From a bacterium HR35 (GTDB lineage: Bacteria; Patescibacteriota; Minisyncoccia; UBA6257; HR35), in assembly GCA_002898235.1 (NCBI GenBank), contig BEIL01000003.1:2264-66263 (forward strand): a stretch of 64,000 nt of DNA. The letters are read 5' to 3'. Positions 19,337 to 28,500 of this stretch are shown here, one piece after another. The position numbers and the translations under genes were made by a program. Positions within the stretch are counted from its first letter, which is position 1, and the number at the start of each line of letters is the position of its first letter. Below the pieces are notes generated by a model, which did no database searches, was not told the DNA's origin, and saw only the letters and a program-made list of their open reading frames with translations.

Positions 19337-19693
19337 TTAATAGTATTTTAATTTCGGACCGAAAAATTCTAAAACTAAATCAAAAATAACACCAATAGAA
19401 AGAAGAAGGATATAACCGATAATAGCTGTTTTAATCATATCTTTTCCTCGGTTGGCTAAATTAGGATAAGGACCACCTAACATCCATAAAAAAGAACCAA
19501 TAACAGAAATGATAACAGCAAACCAAAAGGCAAACCAAATAACAAAAGTTAATAATCTTCTTATATTACTAAATAATTCTGGAAGCTGACAAGGATCGTG
19601 TTCGCATTTAACTAAACCTCCAGAAAAATCTTCTTGAGCTAAAACAAAATTTAAAAGAAAAAAAATAGTGAAAAAAATTATTATTTTATTCAT
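19337..19693 (-). CDS. TrbC/VirB2-like pilin
   Basis: Signal VLA-Q, GLVKCEHDPCQL, GSFLWMLGG..NRGKDMIKTAIIGY. Confidence 0.78.
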   Translation of the reverse strand: MNKIIIFFTIFFLLNFVLAQEDFSGGLVKCEHDPCQLPELFSNIRRLLTFVIWFAFWFAVIISVIGSFLWMLGGPYPNLANRGKDMIKTAIIGYILLLSIGVIFDLVLEFFGPKLKYY

Positions 19694-19694
19694 T

Positions 19695-20873
19695 TTAAAA
19701 TCTTAAATTTAATAATTCCAAAGCTCTTCTACCTTCATTAGGATTATTTTCCCAAACCTCTAAAACTTTTTCAAATTGAGAGTAATCATCTAAGGAAATA
19801 AAATCTAAATATGAAGAACCATACTCAGCGTTTTTTTGAAATATATCTTTAGGAGGTTCAATTGAGGAAACTTTAAAAATAGGAATTAAATCCATTTCTT
19901 CTATAAATTTCTCGTAGTTTTTTTCTTCTAAGAGCCATTTTAAAAATAAGATTGTTTTCTCATAATTAGAAGAATTTTTAGGAATAGCAAAATAGAATGC
20001 TTTAACAAAATTTTTACCAGTTGGAGGAAATGTTTCTAATGGATTTTGAGAAACCCTATAGCTTATTCGCGGATTTAATCTTAAAACGCTTTTTAAGTCT
20101 TCGTAAAAACCTATGAAAGCTCCTACTTTTTCATTAGCAAAAAGACTAATATCTTGACTGCCCAATCCTCTTTTTAAAGCAAAATTTGGTGACTTTTCGT
20201 CACTGTAATTATAGTAATCATTAATGGTTTGATCTAGGCTTTTTTTCTCTAAAGTTTTTAAAACTAAAATAATTTCTTTTTTATTTTTAACCTCATTAGT
20301 TCCTAAGGCAATTAAATAAAAATCTTTTATATTTTTGTTTTTAAAATCTGCTAAGAGATTATTAAGTTCAGAAATTGTTGTCGGAGGCTGGTAATTAAAA
20401 AAATCAAAAATTCTTTTATTATAGATAAAAGTTAAAGAATCGATATTGACTGGAACCCCTAAGTTTTCAATTTCGGTTTCTAAAAATAACGGCTTAGGTA
20501 AATTAAGATTTATTTCTTGTAAGTATTTTTTATTTCGATAGATAATATAATTAGGAGCATAAATCAAATCAGGAGCTTCTCCGCCAGCTAAAGCATAAAT
20601 AAAATCCTTTTCTAAATTATCAAAGTCTTTTTTGTAATAATCGAAATAAAGACAGTATTTTGAAGAAAAAGGAGAAATAAAGCTCAAAAATTTATCTTTA
20701 TCAAAATTTGCCCAAACTTTAAGATGAAGATTATAACAAGGAGTTTGTCTTTTAGGCTTATTTGGTTTAAATAAAATATAAGCAAAAACTAAAAGAACTA
20801 TAATTAAAATTATGATTTGATATTTAACATCAGTTAATATTTTGTTTTTAATTTCTTCTAAATTAAGGTTCAT
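19695..20873 (-). CDS. Extracellular solute-binding protein (sugar-type SBP fold), membrane anchored
   Basis: N-terminal TM, LKVW, ALAGGEAPDL, GVPVNIDSLTFIYNK, LFANEKVG. Confidence 0.75.
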   Translation of the reverse strand: MNLNLEEIKNKILTDVKYQIIILIIVLLVFAYILFKPNKPKRQTPCYNLHLKVWANFDKDKFLSFISPFSSKYCLYFDYYKKDFDNLEKDFIYALAGGEAPDLIYAPNYIIYRNKKYLQEINLNLPKPLFLETEIENLGVPVNIDSLTFIYNKRIFDFFNYQPPTTISELNNLLADFKNKNIKDFYLIALGTNEVKNKKEIILVLKTLEKKSLDQTINDYYNYSDEKSPNFALKRGLGSQDISLFANEKVGAFIGFYEDLKSVLRLNPRISYRVSQNPLETFPPTGKNFVKAFYFAIPKNSSNYEKTILFLKWLLEEKNYEKFIEEMDLIPIFKVSSIEPPKDIFQKNAEYGSSYLDFISLDDYSQFEKVLEVWENNPNEGRRALELLNLRF

Positions 20874-21391
20874 TTTTGGAAAATCAAAAGAAAATAACCA
20901 GGATAATTTTTATGGTCAATTAACTTAAAGCCCAATTGAGAGCAAATTTCTTCTATTTTTTCTTGAGGATAAACTTCTTGGTTTTGAAAAAGAAAATTAT
21001 TTTTTTGAGGTTCAAAAATTATTAAAAAGCCATTAGTTTTTAAAACTTGATAAGCGTTTTTTAAAATTTTTTCTGGTTCTTTAGATTGATACAAAACTTG
21101 AGAAATAAAAACAAAATCAAGAGGACTGATAGCTAATCCAGTAGTTGTTTCTAAATTTTGTTTTAAAAACCTAATATTTTTTATTCCTAAATTATTAGCA
21201 AATTCTGAAGCTTCTTTTAAAACCTCATCTTGAATATCGATAGCATAAATAGTTCCTGATGGTAAAACTGTTTGCGCTAAAAGAACGGAAAAATAGCCTG
21301 ATCCACAACCAAAATCAGCTCCATTCATATTTTGAGTTAAGTATTTTTTTTCCTTTAAAAAACTAATTATTTCTCCAGGACGAGCAAACAT
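20870..21391 (-). CDS. Class I SAM-dependent methyltransferase
   Basis: ADFGCGSGYF, YAIDIQ, DFVFISQVL, VLKTNGFL. Confidence 0.88.
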   Translation of the reverse strand: MFARPGEIISFLKEKKYLTQNMNGADFGCGSGYFSVLLAQTVLPSGTIYAIDIQDEVLKEASEFANNLGIKNIRFLKQNLETTTGLAISPLDFVFISQVLYQSKEPEKILKNAYQVLKTNGFLIIFEPQKNNFLFQNQEVYPQEKIEEICSQLGFKLIDHKNYPGYFLLIFQK

Positions 21392-21415
21392 TAAATAAAA
21401 TTTTAATTAAAATTG

Positions 21416-23737
21416 CTAAAAAATAAAAACATTTTTAATTTCATCTAAACCTGAGATTTTCTTGGGTGCATTTACTCTTTTAACCAAAGGTATCTCTTTT
21501 ATTTTTATTGCCTTCATTTCGCCATCTGAAAGAAGAATTTCTTTTTCTTCTTGAAGAGTCTTAGCTAAGATTAGATTACCATATTTTTCTTTTTCAAAAA
21601 TAAAAACCCCTTTACCTCCACGGTTTTGAGTTTTAATTTCTTCTAAAGAAAAAAGCTTAACAAAACCTTTGCTAAAAACTAAAATCATTTTATTTGAATT
21701 TTTTAATCCTCCATTAATAATTCTTTCTTTAGCTGCTTTTACTCCTTTAGCCGATCTTCCTTGGGGAGAAAGATTATCTTTAAAAATTAAAATGTTGCCT
21801 ATTTCTAAAACTAAAAAAATCTCTTCACCACCTCGATGACTAAAAGCAGAAACAACTTCGTCCTGATTAGATAATTTAATTACTGAAATACCAGCTTTCC
21901 GAGTAGTAATTACTTCATTTTTTTCTAATTTTTTAATTAAACCATTTTTGGTAATTAAACTAAGATATTTTTCTTTCAAATTAATAATTTCAATAATTTC
22001 ATCTCCACTTTCAAGTTTAATAAACGATTCTAAATATTTTTGATTTTTATTATAAAGCTCGTAAGCTTCTAGATTATAAACTTTACCATTTTTAGTAACG
22101 ATAATTAAAGTATCTTTTGAATTAAGATAAATTAGTTTTTTAGGAAAGATTTTATTTTTAACTAGTTTTTCTAAATCAGTTTTGTTTTCTTCAAAAGTAA
22201 AAATTTGATTTTTACTAGAAATTAAAAGAATAAAATTTTTATCCGGAATTTCTTTTTCTTTAATTTCAGGCTCCTCATAAACAACTTTAGTTAACCTTGG
22301 AGAGCTGTATTTTTCAATTATTTCATCAATCTCTTTAACAATTACTTCATCAATCTTTTTAGGACTTCTTAAAATCATTTCTAATTCTTGAATTAAACTT
22401 TTTCTTTCTTTAAGCTCTTCTAAAATCTTATGTCTTTCCATTTGGGTTAAAGTTCGAAGCGGCATTTCTAAAATTGCATCAGCTTGTTTTTCTGAAAGCT
22501 TAAATTTCTTCATTAAATTTTCTAAAGCCTCTTTTTTATCTTTAGATTTCTTAATAGTTTCAATAACTCGATCCAAATTTTCTAAAGCTTTATCAAAGCC
22601 TTCTAATAAATGTACTCTCTCCTTATTTTTTTCCAAATCAAACCTTGTTCTTCGCTTAACGACTTCTCGACGATGATTAAGCCAAATAACTAAAAGTTCC
22701 TTTAAATTAAAATTCTTAGGCTGAAGACCATTTTCTAAAGCAATAAAATTAAAATAATAAGTTTTCTGAAGAGAAGTTAAGCGGTAAAGATCATCAATTA
22801 TTTTTTGATAATCAGCCTCTGGTTTTAATTCAATTACCACCCTCATTCCCTCTTTATTAGATTCATCTCTAACATCTTTTATTCCTTCTATAACTTTATC
22901 CAAGGCTAAAGTAGCTATTTCTTTAACTAACTCTGCTTTATTTACTTGCCAAGGAATACTTTTAATTACTAAATATTCTTTACCTCTTTTGGTTTCTTCA
23001 ATTTCTATTTCTCCTCTAACAACAATTCCTCCTCGACCTTCTTCATAAGCTTTTTCTAATTTAGAACCAGCATAAACTATTCCACCAGTTGGAAAATCTG
23101 GACCTTTAATTATTTTCAAGAGTTCTTTAGTAGTAATTTTTTCATTTTTAATAATTTCCTTAACAGCTGTCATTACTTCAGTTAAATTATGGGGTGGGAT
23201 TGAGGTTGCCATACCAACAGCAATTCCCATTGAACCATTAATTAATAAATTTGGTACTTTAGCTGGCAAAACTACTGGTTCTTCTCGAGTATTATCATAA
23301 TTTGGACGAAAATCAACAGTTTCTTTCTCAATATCAGCTAACATCTCTTCAGCCATTTTTGAAAGTTTTGCCTCGGTGTAGCGATAGGCAGCCGGTGGAT
23401 CTCCGTCAATTGAACCAAAATTTCCTTGACCTTGAACCAGTGGGTATCTCATTGAAAAATCTTGGGCTAATCTAACTAAAGCATCATAAACAGCTTGATC
23501 ACCATGAGGATGATAGCGAGCAATTGTATTTCCAACAATATTAGCACATTTAGTAAATTTTTCATTAGACCATAAACCAAGTTCTTTCATTACATAAATA
23601 ATTCTTCTTTGAACAGGCTTCAAGCCATCGCGAGCATCAGGCAAAGCTCGAGAAATAATAACCGATAAAGCATAATCAAGATAAGCCCTCTTTAGCTCAG
23701 CTGTAATTTCTTGGACTATAATTTTAAGTTTCTTCAT
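21416..23737 (-). CDS. gyrA: Type IIA topoisomerase subunit A (GyrA/ParC family)
   Basis: [31 protein letters not shown] (catalytic Tyr), C-terminal beta-pinwheel repeats. Confidence 0.9.
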   Translation of the reverse strand: MKKLKIIVQEITAELKRAYLDYALSVIISRALPDARDGLKPVQRRIIYVMKELGLWSNEKFTKCANIVGNTIARYHPHGDQAVYDALVRLAQDFSMRYPLVQGQGNFGSIDGDPPAAYRYTEAKLSKMAEEMLADIEKETVDFRPNYDNTREEPVVLPAKVPNLLINGSMGIAVGMATSIPPHNLTEVMTAVKEIIKNEKITTKELLKIIKGPDFPTGGIVYAGSKLEKAYEEGRGGIVVRGEIEIEETKRGKEYLVIKSIPWQVNKAELVKEIATLALDKVIEGIKDVRDESNKEGMRVVIELKPEADYQKIIDDLYRLTSLQKTYYFNFIALENGLQPKNFNLKELLVIWLNHRREVVKRRTRFDLEKNKERVHLLEGFDKALENLDRVIETIKKSKDKKEALENLMKKFKLSEKQADAILEMPLRTLTQMERHKILEELKERKSLIQELEMILRSPKKIDEVIVKEIDEIIEKYSSPRLTKVVYEEPEIKEKEIPDKNFILLISSKNQIFTFEENKTDLEKLVKNKIFPKKLIYLNSKDTLIIVTKNGKVYNLEAYELYNKNQKYLESFIKLESGDEIIEIINLKEKYLSLITKNGLIKKLEKNEVITTRKAGISVIKLSNQDEVVSAFSHRGGEEIFLVLEIGNILIFKDNLSPQGRSAKGVKAAKERIINGGLKNSNKMILVFSKGFVKLFSLEEIKTQNRGGKGVFIFEKEKYGNLILAKTLQEEKEILLSDGEMKAIKIKEIPLVKRVNAPKKISGLDEIKNVFIF

Positions 23738-23940
23738 TATCTACCTAAAAAATTAGCTATACCATTTAAAATCAAAGCTGTGCCTGCTTGGAAGTTTTTA
23801 AAAATAAAAGCAGTTGCTTGAACTGCTGGTGGAGTTCTTTTTAAACCATAAACTAAAGAGCCGCCACTAAACCACCAAAGAAATAAAAGAAGGGAGAAAA
23901 CAGCTAGAGTATAAATTAAGGGGCGATATTTTTTAAGCAT
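23737..23940 (-). CDS. Small membrane protein
   Basis: N-terminal TM; ORF abuts both neighbours (translational coupling). Confidence 0.6.
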   Translation of the reverse strand: MLKKYRPLIYTLAVFSLLLFLWWFSGGSLVYGLKRTPPAVQATAFIFKNFQAGTALILNGIANFLGR

Positions 23941-24429
23941 TTACTCTAAAATGTAAATTTGGTTTTCCGACCTTTTTAAATTTATTTTAAAACTTTTTCC
24001 CTTATTTTTTTGAAAGTTGGAATAATTTAAATTGTGGTCGGTGATTATATTTTTTATTTCAAATTTTTTAATCAATTCTTCTGGCAAATTTTTGTCTAAA
24101 AAAATTAAAGCTTCGATTTTGGAAGTGATTTCTTTAATTTTTTTAAAGCTTTCAGCTTCTGGTGAAACATTAGAAAAGATCAAAAAGCCTTCATCGCTTT
24201 CAAAAAGATGAGTTAATTGATTATTTTTATTTAAAAAAGAATAAATAAAAACTTCACCAACATTATATTCTCCTGGCGAAGCAAAGATTTGGTCGTAATT
24301 TATTTTTTCATTATATTGAGAAAAAATTAAGGTATAATTTTCTTTAGTTCTTACCTGAGAAGGATTTAAAAGGAAATTCCGATCGGCTAGTTGTAAGACT
24401 AATCCTAAGTTGTCTTTTTTTATTTGCAT
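23941..24429 (-). CDS. Degenerate MBL-fold (lactamase-B-like) protein
   Basis: SPGEYNVGEVFI resembles the GPGEYEVxGV motif of CPR MBL-fold proteins found beside gyrA; metal-binding His residues absent. Confidence 0.5.
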   Translation of the reverse strand: MQIKKDNLGLVLQLADRNFLLNPSQVRTKENYTLIFSQYNEKINYDQIFASPGEYNVGEVFIYSFLNKNNQLTHLFESDEGFLIFSNVSPEAESFKKIKEITSKIEALIFLDKNLPEELIKKFEIKNIITDHNLNYSNFQKNKGKSFKINLKRSENQIYILE

Positions 24430-24471
24430 TTCTTATTAATTTTATCATAAAAATAAGGTAAAATATTAATC

Positions 24472-25536
24472 ATGAGTCAAACAATGGTTACTGAACAAAA
24501 TCAAGGATTAAAAGTGAAAGTTAAGAATATAACAATAGGTAGTATTTTGGAGGGAGTTGTTATCAGTAAGAAAAAGGGTGAGCTTTTTGTTGATTTGAGT
24601 CCTTTTGGAACAGGAAGGCTTTATGGGATTTTTTTCAAAGAGTGTGAGGATTTAGCAAAAAAAGTAAATGTTGGTGATAAAGTTGGAGTAAAGGTTGTTG
24701 GTTTAAATGATGGTTATGGAAATTTAGAAATTGTTCTTCAAGATACTTTTCAAATTAATCGCTGGCAAAAGATTTTGGAATATCAAAGAAATAAAACAGT
24801 TTTGGAATTGGAAATTAAAGAAGCTAATCGAGGTGGTTGGATTATTGAGCTTGAAGGCATTCAGGGTTTCATTCCTGTTTCTCAACTTTCGCCTGAATAT
24901 TATCCTCGAGTAAGTAATAATGATAAAGAGGCTATTTTAGAACATCTTAAAAAATTTGTTGGTCAAAAAATTAAATGCGTTGTTTGGTTAGCTGATCCTC
25001 AAAAAAACAAGTTAGTTCTTTCAGAAAAATTAACAAAAGCTGAAATTTATCAAAAGGTTTTAGAAAGTCTTCAGGTTGGTCAAATTTTAGATGTTAAAGT
25101 TGTTGGTATCAGTTCCTTTGGTGTTTTTGTTAGGTTTCATACTAACCCTGATATGGATGGTTTAATTCATATTATGGAAATTCCTCCAGAGTTAGCAAAT
25201 GACCTTCAAAAAAATTTTCCTTTAGGCAAAATCTTAAAAGCAAAAATTATTCAAATAAAACAAGATAGAGTTAATTTTTCTCTTAAAGATTTGAGGCCTG
25301 ATCCTTGGTTAATGGTTAAAGAATTTTATCGTGAAGGCTCTCAAGTCCAGGGGCTGGTTAAGGAAAAAAATAATATCTTTGGTGTAGCTGAAATTTCAGT
25401 AGGAGAGTATGGAAGTATTCAGGGTTATGTTTTTGAAGGAGTAGAAAAATTGGAGGTTAATAAGAGCTATAATTTTTTAATCGAAACTTTAAATCCCAAA
25501 GAAAAACATCTTGTTTTAAAACCGATTGATGCTTAG
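24472..25536 (+). CDS. rpsA: 30S ribosomal protein S1 (short form)
   Basis: S1 repeats: EANRGG..QGFIPVSQLSPEYYPRV; FGVFVRF..DGLIHIMEI. Confidence 0.88.
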   Translation: MSQTMVTEQNQGLKVKVKNITIGSILEGVVISKKKGELFVDLSPFGTGRLYGIFFKECEDLAKKVNVGDKVGVKVVGLNDGYGNLEIVLQDTFQINRWQKILEYQRNKTVLELEIKEANRGGWIIELEGIQGFIPVSQLSPEYYPRVSNNDKEAILEHLKKFVGQKIKCVVWLADPQKNKLVLSEKLTKAEIYQKVLESLQVGQILDVKVVGISSFGVFVRFHTNPDMDGLIHIMEIPPELANDLQKNFPLGKILKAKIIQIKQDRVNFSLKDLRPDPWLMVKEFYREGSQVQGLVKEKNNIFGVAEISVGEYGSIQGYVFEGVEKLEVNKSYNFLIETLNPKEKHLVLKPIDA

Positions 25537-28500
25537 AAATAATTATCTTAAATACTTTATTTTAGTTTTCTCTTTAATTCTTTTTTTCTCAATTTTATTT
25601 GTTGGTGAGAAAAAAATCAAAGAAGAGCAAAGCGTTTCTTTTCCTGTATTTTTAGAAAAGGTAAAAAATGGCGAAGTTAAAGAAATTAACTTAGAAAACG
25701 AAACTAATTTTACTTTTATTACTCAAGACAATAAAGTTTTTAATTCGAATAAGGATCCTAATGTTAGCTTTTGGGAAGTCTTCGAAAAAGAAAAAATACC
25801 TAAAGAAGTTTATCTGAAGATTAAAATTACTAAAAAAACAGAAGCTTCTTGGCTTCAACTTTTTCTTTCTTTTCTAATTAATGTTATTCCAATAATAATT
25901 ATTACTTGGTTTATTTGGCAGATTTTCAGACAGACGCAAAGAGGTACAAGTCAAATTTTTTCTTTTGGCAAATCAGGAATTAAAGTTTATAATCCCAATG
26001 ATCCAAATCGAATAACTTTTAAAGATGTAGCTGGCCTTGAAGAAGCTAAACAAGAACTTATGGAAGTTGTTGAATTTTTAAAAAATCCTGAAAAGTTTTT
26101 CAAAATTGGAGCTCGAATTCCTAAAGGAGTATTACTAGTGGGGCCGCCTGGAACCGGGAAAACAATGTTGGCTCAAGCAACAGCCTCGGAGGCTGGTGTT
26201 CCTTTCTTTTATATTTCTGGTTCTGAGTTTGTTGAAATGTTTGTCGGTGTTGGTGCTTCAGTAACTGGAGACACACCGATATTAATAAAAAGAGGAAACA
26301 AAATTAAGTTAACAACTATCGGTAAGTTTGTTGATAAATTTTATCAAGAAAATGAAAGTGGTTTTGTTAAATTTATAGACGGTTATGAAACTTTAGGTTA
26401 TGAACCACAAAGAAAAGTTTATTTTGGCAAGCCAATCTGGACAAATATTCGTGGCGTTTTTAGACATAAAGTCAATGAGATTTATGAAATTTATTTTAGA
26501 GGGGGGAAAATAAAAACAACTGGAGATCATAGCGTTTTTGTCAGAGAAAAAAATAGAATTATTCCTAAAAAAGTAAGTGAATTAAAAGTTGGTGATTGTT
26601 TAGTAAATTTACCATTTAAACGAAGAAGTGTTTTTGTTAAAGGAATAGGCACAACTCATAAGATTTCAACTTTTGATCTTGAAGAAAAAGAGATTTATTT
26701 AGATTTATATGAGAAAGAGTATAATAAAGCTTTGTTTAGTTACCAGTTTGCTTTAGAAAATAGAAATATTTTGAGTCAAGCGAAAATAGGAAAAATTTTA
26801 GGATTAGCGCAGACTACAATTAAAGATTGGCAATTAGGAAGGAGAAGGCCGAAAATATTTTCGAGCTTTAATATCTTTAGATTTAAAATCCCGCCTAAAA
26901 TAAAAGTGGATTTAGATTTGATGAAACTTCTTGGCTATTATGTTGCTGAAGGGAGAACAACAGATTATTTCACTCAATTTGTTTTTGGGATTCATGAAAG
27001 AGATTTGATTAAAGATTGTTCAAATTTAATTGAAAAGATTTTTAACATAACACCCCATATCAAAGATTGTCCTGAAACTAACTCCTGTCGAATTACTATT
27101 TACTCATCAATTATTAGCAAATTTTTTAAAAAGCACTGTGGTACTGGGGCCAAGAAAAAGCATATTCCTCCTTTCTTGTGGCAAATTCCCTTTCCTTATT
27201 TCAAATCATTTTTAGAAGGTCTTTACAGGGGTGATGGTTACATTACAAAAGAAGGAAAGTTAATTATTACCACAACTTCAAGAAGGTTAGCTTTAGAGCT
27301 TATTTGGCTTTCGGCTCTCCATGGAATTCAAGTTGGACTAAGAAAAACAAAATCGCCTGAAAGAAAAATAAGAGAGAAAATTCTTAAGCCATCTAAATAT
27401 TACCTAGTAATTTTTGGAAAGACATCTAATCCTTTTCTTAAAAATAAAAAGACTTCTCAACCTAAAAAACCAATAATAACAAAAATAATTAAAAAACCCT
27501 ATGATGGTTATGTTTATGACCTTTGTGGTTGTGATAATGAAGCATTTTTTGGAGGAGAAAAACCTATTTTACTTCATAACAGTCGCGTCCGTGATGCATT
27601 TTCTGTTGCTAAAAGAAATCAACCTTGTTTAACAGGTGATACAATTATTACTTTAAGCAATGGAGAAGAAATTACTATTAAAGAGATTTATGAGAAAAAA
27701 TTGATTGGCAAAGAGGTTTTAGCTTTTGATGAAAATCTTAATCTTAAAACCGCAAAAATAATTGGTGTTAGCAAAACACCCGATCAAGAAATATTAAAAA
27801 TATCTACAATCATCGACACCATAAAATTAACTCCCGATCATCTTTTACCTACTTTGAAAGATGGCAGGTTAGAATGGGTAGAAGCCAAAGAACTAAAAGA
27901 GGGAGATTTCATAGCTTATCCAAAGAAAATTCCTGAAGAATTTAGGATTCAATCAATAAGAACTCTAACTTTGATTCCTGAAGAAACAAGAATTTACTTC
28001 AAAAACAATTGTCTGCCTAAAATATATGGAAATAAAAAGTATTATCATTCAGTTAAATTAAAAGAAATATATTTAGATAAAATTGACGAAGAAAACATTG
28101 CTTGGATTGCTTTAGGCAAAGGTGGTTTTACTGATTCTTATCTCTACAGAATACCAAAATATTTGAATGAAGATATTCTTTATCTTAAAGGCTTAATAGA
28201 TGGTGATGGTTCTTATCATAAAAACAAATTCAATATTACTTTTGTTAATACTGAGTTGTATCTTCACCAAGAAGTTAAAAAGATTGTTTTAGATAATTTT
28301 GGAATTTCTGCGAAGACTTATAAAAACAAAAAATATTATCGCAATCTTCCTCAAGGGAAACCACCTCAAAATCTTAAAGATTGTTATACCACTCATATTA
28401 ATAACAAGTTAGTTAAAATCATCCTGAAAAACATTGATGAGATTCTTCTTTCTTTACCAAACAATCTTATAGCTGCTTGGATAAGGGGCATTTTTGATAG

